From: Squalus acanthias
Lineage: Eukaryota
Assembly: GCA_030390025.1 (NCBI GenBank)
Contig: CM059448.1
Span: forward strand, 16,802,001-16,866,000
DNA length: 64,000 nt
Direction: 5' to 3'
The number at the start of each line of letters is the position of its first letter. The first letter of the stretch is position 1. This document shows positions 13,251 to 27,180 of this stretch, one piece after another. Under the pieces are notes generated by a model, which searched no databases, had not been told where the DNA came from, and worked only from the letters and a program-made list of their open reading frames with translations. A program made the position numbers and the translations under genes.

Positions 13251-14596
13251 AGTCTACTCTCAATCATCAGCAAAGTGATGGAAGGTGTCATCGACAGTGC
13301 TATCAAGCGGCACTTACTCACCAATAAACTGCTCACGGATGCCCAGTTTGGGTTCCGCCAAGACCACTCGGCTCCTGAGCTCATCACAGCCTTGGTCCAA
13401 ACATGGACAAAGGAGCTGAATTCCAGAGGTGAGGTGAGAGTGACTGCCCTTGACATCAAGGCAGCATTTGACCGAGTGTGGCATCAAGGAGCCCTAGTAA
13501 AACTGAAGTCAATGGGAATCTGGGCAAACGCTCCACTGGCGGGAGTCATACCTAGCACAAAGGAAGATGGTTGTGGTGATTGAAGGTCAATCATCACAGC
13601 CCCAGGACATGGCTGCAGGAGTTCCTCAGGGCAGTGTCCTAGGCCCAACCATCTTCAGCTGCTTCATCAATGACCTTCCCTCCAACATAAGGTCAGAAAT
13701 GGGGATGTTCGCTGATGACTGCGCAGTGTTCAGCGCCATTCACAGCTCCTCAGATAATGAAGCAGTCCATGCCCGCATGCAACAAGACCTGGACGACGTT
13801 CAGGCTTGGGCTGATAAGTGGTGAGTAACATTCGCGCCACAGAAGTGCCAGGCAATGACTATCTCCAACAAGCGAGAGTCTAACCACCTCCCCTTGACAT
13901 TCAACGGCATTACCATTACCGAATCCCCCACCATCAACATCCTGGGGGATCACCATTGACCAGAAACTTAACTGGACCAGCCACATAAATACTGTGGCAA
14001 CAAGAGTATTCTGCGGTGAGTGTCTCACCTCCTGACTCCCCAAAGCCTTTCCACCATCTACAAGGCACAAGTAAGGAGTGTGATGGAATACTCTCCACTT
14101 GCCTGGATGAGTACAGCTGCAACAACACTCGAAGCTCGACACCATCCAGGACAAAGCAGCCTGTTTGATTGGCACCCCATCCACCACCTTAAACATTCAC
14201 TCCCTCCACCACCGGCGTACCGTGGCTGCAGTGTGTACCATCTACAAGATGCACTGCAGCAACTCGCCAAGGCTTCTTCGGCAGCACCTCCCAAACCCGC
14301 GACCTCTTCCACCTAGAAGGACAAGGGCAGCAGGCGCATGGGAACCCCACCACCTCCAAGTTCCCCTCCAAGTCACACACCATCCTGACTTAGAAGTATA
14401 TCGCTGATCCTTCATCGTCGCTGGGTCAAAATCCTGGAACTCCCTACCTAGCAGCACTGTGGGAGTACCATCACCACACGGACTGCAACGGTTCAAGAAG
14501 GCGGCTCACCACCACCTTCGCAAGGGCAACTAGGGATGGGCAATAAATGCTGGCCTTGCCAGCGACGCCCAGATCCCATAAGCAAATAAAAATAAA
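13251..14596 (+). mobile_element. 5'-truncated non-LTR retrotransposon, CR1-Zenon-like, frameshifted RT
   Basis: RT motifs ALDIKAAFDRVWH, GVPQGSVLGP, MFADD, then HSLHHRRTVAAVCTIYKMH, split across frames; A-rich tail. Clade label less certain than LINE identity. Confidence 0.88.
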
Positions 14597-14934
14597 CCTT
14601 GAATAAATGATTTTCACTATTGTGTCCAAGACCGTATCAAATGCAGTGGCCTACTTCTGCTGGCTTGGCACATAACTGCAAGTTCGTCTTGTGTTTCTTA
14701 TTCAAAATTTGTTTGTAGGGTGTTGCATTTTGCATCTTCCATTTTGGAAATTAAAAAAAAAAATTCTGACACCAAATGGACGCCAAGCTTAAAAAGGCCC
14801 AGGAAATCCTACAGGATAGTATTGGGTGCCAGCTTTCCTTTTTGGCATAAAGGGTATTGCCAGATAAAAATGTAGTGATGATTAATATTATGACATCACA
14901 ATGCATCTTCCTCTTTACTACACCGTCAAAGATT

Positions 14935-15305
14935 ACAAGATCATTACAATTGAGGAAGGGCATTTGACCCATCTTAATTCATCGACCCAGAAAGACCCTA
15001 CGTCCCCAACCCAATTGCTACATCTAATTTTTTCTTAAAGGATTCCAGGGTTCTCACCTCTACGACTCTGTCTGGAAGTCCATTCAAAGTGTTGATCACT
15101 CTTTTGTATGAAGAACGGCTTCCTGCTATCCGCCCTAAATTTGGCGTTTACTAATTTGAACTTGTGTCCACTTGTCGTACTCTTGCAATTTAACTTAAAG
15201 TAGTATTTACCTTTTCCACTTCCTTAACTATCTCTTGTACCTCTAAGATCACCTCTCGGGTTTCTTCTTTACAGGCTGAAAAGGCCAAGTTTCTTCAGTC
15301 TGCCT
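14935..15305 (-). mobile_element. Old CR1 3' fragment
   Basis: Minus-strand SYEGRLKKLGLFSL and a decayed CR1 3'UTR. Confidence 0.7.
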
Positions 15306-18300
15306 TCATAACTCCTGCCGTTGCCTTTTTCTGCATTTCCTTCAGCCCTTGAATATCTTCCTTGCTTCTCAGTGACTGGGATTACGATTCTGGCTATGTA
15401 GTTGGCTTTGTTAATTGAATTTCCTGCTAGTGCTGGTTCCATTTTTGTTTTTGGCAGATACATATATTTGGGGTAGGGAGCACAATCTCGATTTGCTGAC
15501 AACACAGAATTATGAGGTTTGGCAAACAGCGAGATGGATGATAAAATACCTCAGGATTAAACACATTGGTGGCTGATACTATTTAAGTGTCAGTCTAATG
15601 GCTGTTGCTGCTGACTTTGACATGGAATATGATGGAAAGAAATTGGTGCCACTACATCACCTTCAAAGCAACAAGGGAATATACTTGAGAGGTTGAAGAG
15701 ACTGTCAGTTTACAATGCACATGCTTGATGCGTTCAGCATCCTTTCTGTGACCCACCAAAGGGACAGCTAGATCCTCATTCTCTCTCTTCCCGAGACCCA
15801 TTAACATTCTGAAAGTATGGTATGTAATTTAAAGCTTTGTTCCCTTGTATATGTGTCCAGCAGGTTTTTTAAATGCCGGACTACTAATTATGTGGCTACT
15901 TGTTTTAAAAAGAAACACATACCCAGGTAACTTTCGACCTCTCCAACAAGAACGTTCATTTAGAATATTGGAATTTGTACCCTTTTATAACTTTGTTCCT
16001 TAGATCAGTATTTTGGGTCTTTTGTTTCATTTTTCTTTTTATAGTTTTAAATAACTATGTACTGATTTGTCTTTTGAGCATTTTTCCAAATTGTCCTGAG
16101 GCAGGTGTACTTAATTTTATGCTCCTACAAATTGGTTGGATACCTTTGTTATTAACCAGAGGAATTTCAATGGCATTCTATTAGCTTAACCAAGAGTGTA
16201 GATGGTTCAATATGCCTGCTTTTTTGGGATAAGGCCAGGAAAGTTTGGGTAATGACTCAAAAAAACAGGTGTCTTCTGTTACTGTGTGTTTCTTCTAAAG
16301 ATGTAGGAATTGGCAGATTTCATCTGATCCGAGCTCCTCTTTCCTCTACCTGTCACTCTTTCAGTTTTAATCGAAGGCCAGTTTTTAGAGTCGGTAGGCT
16401 CAAATAGAAAATGTGGCCATTCTCTTCAAAGCTGGTTTGCACCCTGCATTTTGTTTTTTGGGGACAGGCTGAAGAAATTTAGTTTTTAATTTAAAAAAAA
16501 GAACTTAACAGTAGCTTTTTTCCCTTCTAAACTGCAAATTTCTACAACGTCCTTGTGCAGATGCAGATGCAAAAGTAAGGGCAAAATCAGCCCGTAGTTG
16601 TGATCTGTCTGTGGAAGGGCAGAATTAGAGTGTAAATTCTGGAGGCCATGGTCTTAAAGACCTGAAGTGACTTGGGCAGTCAAATGGCCCAGTTGAGCTT
16701 TGAATATTTACTGTTACAAATTGATGTCTGTTTTGAGGATATTAGTACATGAATGTGATTTCTGGAATACTGATTAGGATAAGAGAAGGAGTCCTTTAGA
16801 CCCACCTGTTTAACCTTTGGATTGCCATCAGGTTTTTTCCTTCCACTTCTGTGAAGTGTTTGGATGTTTTTCTGTGTTAAAGGTGCTGTATAAATGCAAG
16901 TTACTGTTTTTTTTTTGTGTCTACATCCACATCAATTATATGTGGCAAATTAAAGGTTGCAGCACAGTACAGTCCACTCCTGCAATTCAAAGTTGTTTAA
17001 TTTAAATTATCTGAAATTTCTTTAGTGCTATATTCCCACTTTGCTGTTTTATTTATGTTGCTTAATTTAAATTATTGGATAATTCAAATTTTGTAATACA
17101 ATTTTTTCAGGTGTAAGCTTGCCTGTACGAATCAGTATGCTAAGTGGCACATGGAAAACTGACTATGTTTGAGCAGAATTGATGGACTTAAGTGGATCTT
17201 TTGAGGGGGAAGTGGAAATAGGGAGGTGTTGTCTATAAAACTTAAATTTGAGGGCTGCATTTTGACTAACTGGGGTTGATACCTTTGCTGCATTTCAAAG
17301 GCTCACCACAGAAATGTATAGTTTGTTACAGAACTTCAGCTTGTATTTGCTCACCACCCTACCCACGACTGATTTAAAAAGCCGTGAATTAGCAGTGGAA
17401 TGTTGTTTGCACCCAAACTTCAGATGCCAGACCCTGTGGGAAACACCAGCCACGTTATGGTCAATCCGTTTTTAAGACTTAATTTCTTCTCTGCCCCTAC
17501 CTTCTTTTCTCTCTTCCAAGTTGTCTGTGAGTATAGATGGGTTATTTGATTGTGGGAAGGAACAAAGACAACTCTTACTTGTCTAACCCAACACACCGCT
17601 ATGAGCACGTTCTAAAAGGGGGTCACTGAATAGATTCTGGGTGACCTGATTCTTAGTTTTCCCTATTCTTTCGTGCTCTTGCGCGCCCCCCCCCCCCCCC
17701 TTTCAGTGAGTTATTGGGATGCTACTTTGCATTTTTAAAAAGAAAAATATGTGAGGATCCATTGTATGTACGAGTAATTTATTGTGCCATTGTAAAGACT
17801 TACCTGAAGTATTTATTTCAGAACTTGTGAACAGTTTAATACTTGATTTCAGAGGAAAATAAAGCTGCATTGTAGGAGTTGAAGGTGGCTTAAAAAGATT
17901 TGGTTTATTTGCCTGTATTTCACCACAACAGGATTTTATGTGATCCAACTGTAAGATGGCATTCAAAATTGAGGCTAGAAAACGTGTTCTAATTCGCAAA
18001 CTAAAATTGTGTTTACTGTGCATTTTAGTGTATTAGCCAGCAGGAGGAGTTGTTTTTGCAATAGTGATCCTCCAGAGTTGTGCTGCTTCGCGTAGTATTT
18101 CGCTGCACTTGGCTCTTTAACAGATAACTTTGCGTATATTGTCTGCACTTACTTTCCATGTGGAGTGTGGCAAGTAATATTTCACTTTTTTTTAGAAAGA
18201 TCTGATTGTTCAATTTACTGAACATGTGTAAATTCATCTGATTTTTATATGTAATAAGATGGCTCTATCTCCATTAAAGGGAAATAAAGAGATGAATCTG

Positions 18301-20519
18301 TATGGACAAGGAAACTTGTCAAATGATTCCTTTCAGGCGTCTCTTTTTTAAAAAAGAAAACAAACTTGGTATATGACTATAAATATTTCCATTTTATTTA
18401 CTCTAATGGAAGTGGAGGGATAGATTTATGCTGTGCGCTTTTGACACTGACTAACTGACTAATGGAAAATAATCTTATCATTTACAGTATATGGTTCTGG
18501 GTTTTGTAAATTGTCGGCTGAGAATTGTGTGTATCTATGAAGATTGAGGAACCAGCTCAAGGACTTAAAATGCTTCATGTGATCTAAAGCGCGTGTCCCA
18601 TGCGGGTTGAAGGGGCGGCAAAATACAGCCAGCAAGCTCCTTTGCTCCAGCCCACAAAGTCCCTGCCAGTTCTTTCTTTGCATGCTTGTGCACAAAGCCA
18701 ATTTTGACTTCATGCCTGGAACTTTAAAAAGCTGGAAGAATGGAAAAGGCTGCTTCCTGATTGGATTTTGACAAATCAGGAAGCATCCATTTTACCTGAA
18801 TTTAGAATCAGCCTTTACAAGTTCTCAAGGCCTGGGAAGCTTCCAACTTTTCAATCTAAATGGGATTCTTCACATTTTGTTTGAGGAGGGTGTTGCTTTT
18901 TTGTACATGGGGAATCGATTTCTTTGTGTATGGGGGTGGGGAGGGCAAGGTCTCGCTGTGTAATGGGAGGTTCTTGCTTTTTTTGGGTTATGGAAAGGCA
19001 TTTTTGTGGGTTGGTTCTTCAATTATATAATTTATTAGTATGGCTTACTTCTCTAGCTTAACTTGTAACTATAATTAAAGCAGGTCTTGTACTTGTTTTC
19101 TCTTTGATTTAAATGGTGTTGCGATTTACCGCCAGTGTTTTTGGTGTTCAGTCCTTCAGCAGCATGTGCTGAGGGTTGCTGCAACTTCAATGAAAGTCTT
19201 TTCATTGTCCCACTTTATGTTGCCATTGGTTGATGTCGGCAGCAGCAGCACATCCTGGCATCATGTTCCCGCATTGACTTCTAAAAGCTTTGGCACATTT
19301 TGTGTTTGATTGTGAAAGTGCATGCAGGTTGTTTGCCACTACTTGATTCCCTTTAAAAATAAACTATTGTTTTCCTAATGCTTGCTCAGCCTTGCCTTTC
19401 TGTATGGACAGCACCAAAAATGTTCCCCATCAGAACAAAACCAAAGGCAAACTCATTACCTGGCAGTGAATGGTTAAATAGATACTGGGATGTATTTAGT
19501 ATTGATTTTAGCTGGTTGAAAGCTACCAAGCAAAGAAAGGGTGCATATACTTGGAGTTTAGCCACATCATGGCCACATCTGAGATTAATTTGTTTGTGGA
19601 AGTTGGACAAAGTAATGTGCTTTTGGTATGGTTCTATCCTTTGTAGTTCAGCCTTCATATACAAAGCTTTTTCTGGCTCCTCTTCATTCTCTGTCTGACT
19701 TGGATTGTCTGATTTGAATCACTTGGAGCTTATCATTTTTGTGGCGTCTGCCTCATTGTATTTGCTACCTGATTTTTTTTCTGCTACCATCACCAGTACT
19801 ATAAAAGATATGAGGTGCGGATCCAGAACAGGGCCTTGTACACACCATGGCTAGGGTGAGATTATTCAGCTCTCCTCAGTTTAGCTTTTTGTTGCATAGT
19901 CTGATCTTTTCATATAAGCAGGGATGGCTGATGAACCTAAAATCTGTAATACATTTCCTGTGTGGTTAATTGTGTGATGAGCAATGAACTGAGAATGGAT
20001 AATGCTTCAGCTGTCCAAATATAATTTTTTTTGTTATCGATATAGATTGTTTGTCTAGCTTATCAAGAGTAAAATGATTCACTGCGTTGAATTAAGCATA
20101 CTGTTGAATAACTTGGATCTAAATTGTTTGCCTATAAGTGGAAGTTGTACATTTGCCTGCAAGAAAGATGAATATTTAACAGTTAAACAGATTGCTTAAA
20201 TGAAACTTATCTGCCATCAGATAGCTGTTGCTCAGTTTCACAGTTTAATAAAAACTGTAGGGGCCACATGCACGATTTTTTTTCTTAAAGGTGCTGTGTG
20301 TGTTTAGTGGAGTAAATTGAGCTCCATCTGCCCTGTATTTTATATAGTTACCCATAGATTAAAAAGATGCTCATTGCAATCTGCAACCATGAAGATATTT
20401 GCCTTAATACAACATTTGTAATCTCTGTAAACCCCAGGTAATGAAAGTTTGAAATCGAAGCAGAAAAATGTTAATGTTGGTTTTGTTGCAAAAAAAAAGT
20501 TGCGATACTATATATATCA

Positions 20520-21270
20520 GTATAAGAAATTGACAGGCAGGGAAAGGCCAGCGGGTTCATCAAGCCTGCCCCACACCATGATGGCCAGACCATCATGACT
20601 AAACACTTCTTCCCTCCCACCTACCCCTCAAGCCATGTAATTTCCTGGGAGAGGTGGAAAAAACCCCAAGGACAATAAAGGAAAAAATACTTGGAAAATT
20701 CCCCTCTGAGCCCCTCAGGTGATCGAAACTAGTCCCGGAGATCACATGGACCGAGTGTTATCTATAAAGACACTTGCCTTCTATATGATGATATCTCTGC
20801 CCCAGTCAAGAACCGGTCCAGCTCCCTTTGAAGGCAGACAGAGAATCAGCACCCACCGCACCAGCCGGCGGTCAATGTATTCCAGAGGCTCACTACTCTC
20901 TGCGAAAAGGAGAACCGCCTAATATTCAGTCTATTTCTGCTCTTACATAGTTTAAAATCGTGTCTCTTGGTCCTGCCCAATCTGTTAAACTAGAATTGCC
21001 CATCAATAGAGACACTATCCAGCCCTTTAATTTATTTATAGACCTCTATCCGGTCACCTCCAAGTCTGTGCTGCTCTAAACTAAATAGACCAAGATCTTT
21101 GAGCCTATCTGAGCAGCTGAGGTTCGTTAAGCTAGGTATCGTTCTTGTAGCTCTCCTCTGGACATTTTCCAAGGCCACTATGTCGCCCACCATGTAGGGG
21201 AACCAAAACTGGACGATGTACTCCAAATGCGGTTTGATTGGCCCTACCAACATGCATGACACTACATTTA
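20520..21270 (-). mobile_element. CR1 LINE 3' fragment (family with longer 3'UTR)
   Basis: ORF 21032..21262 PHLEYIVQFW...LENVQRRATR...LGLFSLEQHRLGGDRIEVYK. Confidence 0.85.
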
Positions 21271-21394
21271 TCTATATATCTACATATTCCTCCAAAAGAA
21301 CAACGCAGTTGCAAGCAAAATTCCACATATTTCAGCACTTGGTAACAGCTGTCGCAGAGGGATTGGAATTCTTGTTAAAATGTCAGCTGATGCT

Positions 21395-21670
21395 CCTGAG
21401 TGACTCCGAGTTTATCCAGTGAGTAGCTTAACCATACAGACCAGAAAAGTTCCAAGATTCATCGCTGATCTCGGTGATGGGGGGTGCAGCAATTAGCTTC
21501 ATTATTTTTGAGTTGGAAAGGGAGAAATGGACCATCATTCCTGTGCCTAATTGCAGTCAGTGACCCCTACTGGAAGTACCAGTGTGTGGATGTCTGCTAA
21601 GATTGTGATGCTCATGCAGCTGAATTGCCTGCTGATGTTTACTGTCACAACTCACAAATAATGGAGAGTG
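21395..21670 (+). mobile_element. Old tRNA-derived SINE family (MamSINE1/Meta-domain-like)
   Basis: Shares blocks (ccatacagaccag, gctgatctc, cctgattgc...agtgacccct) with copies at about 22425-22715(-), 26910-27180(+), 27830-28200(-), 34170-34560(+), 35570-35645(-); family name from recall. Confidence 0.55.
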
Positions 21671-21787
21671 GAGAAAAAATTAGCACAGTTTCAATATCAT
21701 CTGTGCTTATTGAGTGAGTTTATTCAATTTTTAGCAGTGTCTCGATGTGGTGGGGCTGGATTGTTGGAATACTTTATCCTGAAAATG

Positions 21788-22018
21788 ACTTGAATTTATA
21801 CAGCATTTTATCATGTCGCAGAAGCATCCCAAATACAGTGAATACCACAACATCATGCAGGGCCTCGTCTGAAGGACAGTACCTCAGACAGTACACCATC
21901 CCATCAGTATTGCACTGGAGTGTCAGAATAGTTTTATGCACTCAAGTTGTGGAGCAGAATTTAAACCCACGACCTTATGACTCAGATTTGCAAGTGCTGT
22001 CAGTTGGCCTAAGCTAAC
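21788..22018 (-). mobile_element. Internally deleted Deu-type SINE (head and L2-like tail only)
   Basis: Head homologous to 11890-12040, joined almost directly to an L2-type tail. Confidence 0.65.
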
Positions 22019-22294
22019 ATCTCAAGGATGGAAGAATTAAGCAGGCTATGTCCTGCTTTTTAGAACACAGCTCCTGTTGGGTCTATTGAGCTGGATGTAA
22101 TTTGCTGAGTTTCCAGTTCCAGCACTGCATCATTAACATATTCTAATTGATGTATCAGAATTTCCATGTTGTTTTCCATTATCTACAAGGAATGCCATAA
22201 TAAGTTTGAATTTAGGTTGTACCGTGCATCTGTTTGACCATTAAACTGTATTAAGTTCTGAATGCGACTAGCTGACCTGCTTTCTTCGTTACAG

Positions 22295-22367
22295 TAACCC
22301 TCCGCTCAGTGAGGAGATGCTTCCACCTGGGGACTGGATGTGTCATAGGTGCACAGTTCGCAGAAAA
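22295..22367 (+). CDS. PHF12: PHF12 coding exon (human exon 3 equivalent), C-terminal half of PHD1
   Basis: ttacag|T AAC CCT...AGA AAA|gtaagt; 73 nt; translates (C)[24 protein letters not shown], nearly identical to recalled human PHF12. Confidence 0.96.
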
Positions 22368-23199
22368 GTAAGTAGGTCTGTTTTTTAAAAAATGCACAGT
22401 GCTTTACTGATGGGGGAGGGAATATTAACTCTTCTCGTGCCCTTTACCGCCTTCTCTCCCAAAGGCAGTTTCATCGGAACTTGTAGCCCTCTGTTAATTC
22501 ATACCAAGTAGCCATTCTCGTATGTGATTCTAGGCAGTGAGGTTCAGCAGGCTGTTTTTTCATTACATGAGGTATCATGGTTAAACCCTATTCAGTTATC
22601 AAATGATGTGCGCACACATGCACTTTCTGCCAGTGATCACTGGAAGACAATCAGCTTTTCTTTCCCCCTAGAATGCTTCCTAACTCGGGGACACTGAGGC
22701 CACCCGTGATGCTTACACCAAGAGATCAGTGCGCCATTTCAGCCGTGATGTCATTGGATGCTGAAGTTTAGTGCATAAAAAAAGCGCACAGATCACCATC
22801 CTGTCCCCCACTACTCCCATGCTTCCACATAAAAATTGTTGAGACTGGATTGTATTTCAAAGACTATTAGGTAATCTGTTGTTTAAAATTGGACTATTTG
22901 GAACATTTTTTAGCAATTTGTCCTTAATTGTACAATGGCGGTAAATTCTTCAAAATCTACGTGGTGCCTAAACTACGCGTGAGTGGGAATTGGAGATAAT
23001 CCATTTGTTCTGTTCGCATAATTATGAAGTCACTTGATCTTGGGCTCAATTCAGTTAAATATGTCAATTTTGAAGCATTTTAGCTTTCTTGGTTTTTCTT
23101 TTTGTTAACTGCCTCAGTCACATATTTGTTACCCCTCTCATACTTTGTATTTCTTAGAACTCTTTTGGCGAATAATTAAAATGTTCTCCCTTTTTGTAG

Positions 23200-23617
23200 A
23201 AGCAAGAGAAAAAAGAAAGACTAGGCCAAGTAAATGGAGTTATGGACAAGCAAACGGTTAAAAGGACAGCATCCCCTACTGTGGAAATTGAATTCCCTGA
23301 CAGAACCCACAGTAAAGCATTGGATTCCAGGGTGGACAGTAACTGTAGATCATTTGCACAAGCAAAAAATTTGGAGAGGCGTGTTAGCCGGCCCGGCACG
23401 CCGACGTCGAATGCAAGCACTGACACACCCACTTCTGAGCAGAATGAGGTGGACGATGACCTGATTGATGTGGACGATGAAAATGCTGCCATGGAGATGG
23501 ACTGCTCACAATTGCAAATAAGGAATCCATTTGAAATACTTATAGCAGCAGCTATGGAGCGAAATCCAACTCAATTTCAACTTCCAAATGAACTGACATG
23601 TACCACAGCACTTCCAG
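23200..23617 (+). CDS. PHF12: PHF12 exon 4: SIN3-interaction (SID1) and MRG15-binding FxLP region
   Basis: tttttgtag|AAG CAA...CTT CCA G|gtgagg; 418 nt; contains [19 protein letters not shown] and [31 protein letters not shown]; phase 0 to 1. Confidence 0.96.
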
Positions 23618-26129
23618 GTGAGGGAGTCAGTGCAACTGCACATAATGAGTTGCTTATTTTCTTAGTGAGAATCATCATGCCTTCATCTTGTACGTTCCAA
23701 TATCACTCTTGCAATCTGTTAACAAATACAGTGCAAGCATAATTAAAAATTGCAGGTTGTATATATTGTACAAATTATAATGGTCATTAGATCATTCCAG
23801 ATAAATATTTGAATACAGTTGCCACATGCAGTTTCCAGGTGTGTGAATAACTTTGCATCAGTACAAGCATTGTTTAACCATATCTTAGATGTATATGGAT
23901 TTTATTTTGGACAATTGGATCATGGCGATGATGCAATTGGTTTGCCAAGATGTTATATTTGCATCAGGTTTGCATTTATCCAGCCTTCCCTTTAAATCAT
24001 TAACACGCTGCAGTATAAAACTGGTATCCCACTAGTGTGTTAGAGTAGAAGTTGTAAACTAAAATTAGTATACATTCTAAATTAACCAAGCCCTCTGTTA
24101 AATGGCATGCTAATGAGCCTCGATGAACATGTCATTCCTGGCTCCTATATTCACACTGAATATTCAAAAGGGAACTTCATCCACATTGGATGCATTCACA
24201 CTAAAGAAATGAGCACTAGATTAGGTTCAGCAGCTGCTGTGTTGCTGTTTCTTATATGGTAATTTTTAGTGGGTGTAAGGAATCCCTTGATTTGAGATGA
24301 CTGTGTTTTCGCAGTTGATGCCTCTTTCAATCATAGACTGAGAAACTTCACACAAGACTGGCCGTGTTTATTATTTTTACAGTTTTTAGTTATTGGTTAC
24401 TCATCTGTACAGCATCCGCACCGATCAACTTCAGCATTGTGCAGCTGTACATCAGTGGGAATTGAGTCTTCCTTTATCAGAGGGAATAAATTGCAAAATG
24501 GCTGATCCCGAATTGGTGGGGTAGTCTTCAGCTGTATGTAGTGTAAGAATATTACAGAATTTCATGTAGCTTGGTGCCACTGGAAGGTCAGACCAAAGGC
24601 CAAGAGGACAGTTTTAGTATAGTACTGTTCTTGAAGCTTCGACAGCAAATAAACATGAAATGTACTGTAATATGATAAACACTTTTGAAAAGCAGCTAGT
24701 GAAGCTGGCATTAGTGTAGCAAAGTTAACTTCTGGGTGTACCAGTCCCATCAGAATGCACTGCACACACAGATCTTTTGCGAGATGTTCAGATTTCAGTG
24801 GAAATGTGCAAGGCCATGAATATAAAGCTTTAGTGCATCTTTGGGGTGTTAGTTATGTTCTGACTACCCAGTTGAATCCTCGTTCAGTTCAGTTCAGTTG
24901 CACTATTTGAATTTGTGTTGCAGCTGACAGGCTGGGCAGTGGAGAGCAGTAAGCATGGAAAGAATGTTTGATAGAATTACTGACCTCATGGTGTGTATAA
25001 AGGGGTAATATGTACCAACTAGATTAATGGAACCCAGACTTGTGCCTTTGGATTTTTTTTTAGTTGCAATCTGAACACTGACCCTAGCGTGGAATGGGGT
25101 CAATGCTTCTAATCTATAGTAGTTTTATGGTTGAGCTGGTTTAGAACTCCTCTTCCCTTTCCCCCACCCCCAAATAAGTATTTTTTGGTGTTGTAAAACA
25201 ATTAGCAATGCAGGAGAATCCTGTTTTATACCAAAGTCGTAGACTGATTTAAAACAAACCAATTTATAATTGCAAATTGCAGCATAGTCTAATTTATCTC
25301 GAACATTTTTTTTGGAATTACAGATCTATGGATTAGTCAACTTGAGAGGGTGTAAAGCAACACATTTTTAGGCTAATGTCGGTTGCTGGGAAATGCATGG
25401 AAAAAGTATTGGCTGAATTTCCCCCCCTATGATTAATCTCCTTTCTCACTGCTGCTACTGTCAAGCACTTCCATTAAACCTGCATTTTCTTGAACAAAAG
25501 AATGGTGTAGAGTAGTGCCCAGATAATCTGATTGTATTTAAAAAATGCCCAGATCGTTTCAGCATTGTTTCATGTGGTTTTTCCATCCTGTTGTATTGCA
25601 TGTGCAACAATACCAAGTGGTTATGTACTGTAATGTGAAGAGCGAATGGGGGAGGATCTTCTATATCATATCTATATTTGGCGAGATGTGTTTCCCCTCA
25701 CCAAGAAAATAATTGTCTTCAGGTCTGTTTGCCCTTCTGCCAATGATTGGTTAGAAGACAACACTGGTCGAGGCCTGCTGCGTTACAAACAAAATGATTC
25801 ATTTTATTTGAAGCAAAACAACTGTATTTGTCTAATACCTGTGGGAGGAAATAACCACATAATCCCATGTTGAAATACTTCAGCCTTTGTTTTTGTGGCG
25901 TAGCAGTAGTTGCTGACAGCCATTGAGGATAAAGATGGACAAGAAATTAGAAAAATAATTAATAATTCAGTTACCCCCTTTGTCAATTTACAAGATAAAT
26001 GAGCCTTAAGATTTTTAATGCCTTAGTCAACATATATTTCTTTTAGAGTGTATTCTGCCTGATTTCAACAGATTACTACATCAAAATACATACTATCTCC
26101 CCATGAAGCAATTCAGTTTAATGTATCTG

Positions 26130-26760
26130 AGCCATAGAAATTTACAGCATGGAAGAGATTATTCAGCCCATCGTATCTGCGCTGGCTGTTTGCTAGAGTA
26201 ATCCAAGACTAATCCCACTGCCCGCTTTCTCCCCATCGCCTTCTACCTTCCTCTGCTTCAAATATTTACCCAAGTTTCCCGTGAAACATAGTGATCTCTG
26301 CCACTCCATGGCAACACATTCCACGCTCAACAACCATCTGTGTAAAGACACTTCTAACCTCTGTCCTCCATTTTCAGTCATTTTAAATTGTTAATCCCTC
26401 GTCAGTCAGAGGAGATAGTCTTGTCCAATATACTCGATCAAAACTTCATAATTTTATACCCTCTATTAAATCTCCTCTTGGCATTCTCTGCTGCAGTGGA
26501 AATAGTCCCAGTATCTTCAGTCATTCCTTATAACTATAGCTTCCCGTCCTTGACATCATCCTGTTGAATCTGTTTATGTTCTATATGGCTTTAATGCTCA
26601 TTCTATAATGAGATGCCCAAAATGGCATACGTTTCTAACTGTGCCCTCACCAATGTTTTGAATAATTCATCATTACATCTTTATTCTTCTACTCTATAGC
26701 TTTATCTACCTGCACATGCACTTTCAGTGAATTGTGTATTTGAACCCTTAAGTGTCTTTC
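26130..26760 (-). mobile_element. Old CR1 3' fragment
   Basis: catagaaatttacagcatggaagag...cagccc tail and decayed ORF2 end on the minus strand. Confidence 0.75.
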
Positions 26761-26909
26761 CATTCAGTGATTATTTCTATATTTAGTAGTGTTTTGGTTT
26801 CATGTATAAAATGTGGCATGGCTCCAGTGTGAAACTGTCCTGTTGTCACCTCAATTACATAACATTTTTAAAAAGATAACAAGGCTTTCCTAATCTGTTT
26901 AATTGGCTT

Positions 26910-27180
26910 ATCTCGGTCATGGTGGGGCTAGACTTGACCTCGGGTGGGGAAGTTACCAGGGTTCCTGTTCCTGATTGCTAATCAGTAGCTGAAAGTATAT
27001 ATACATATAAGGTATCCATTGAGGGGATGTGATCCTCCTACCTACCCACGAGACCCATAGTCCGCCAACACTTGTCAAGACACGCACAATGGCCACTTGG
27101 GTGAGGTACCGGAGGGCACCTGTAGAATAATGGTCCAGCAAGGAGTCAGTGCCTTGGAGGAAGGGGAGAAAATTGGCAAG
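26910..27180 (+). mobile_element. Old SINE copy (same family as 21395 and 34170)
   Basis: Shares aatggccacttggg...aggtac and cctgattgc blocks with 34170-34560. Confidence 0.6.

Noticed and set aside
13215-14496. Dense cluster of overlapping ORFs on both strands
   Set aside because: All fall inside one frameshifted LINE copy.
1-22294. PHF12 exons 1-2 or another protein-coding gene
   Set aside because: I found no sequence encoding the expected N-terminus or first half of PHD1. The short ORFs here are either repeat-derived or lack recognisable motifs.
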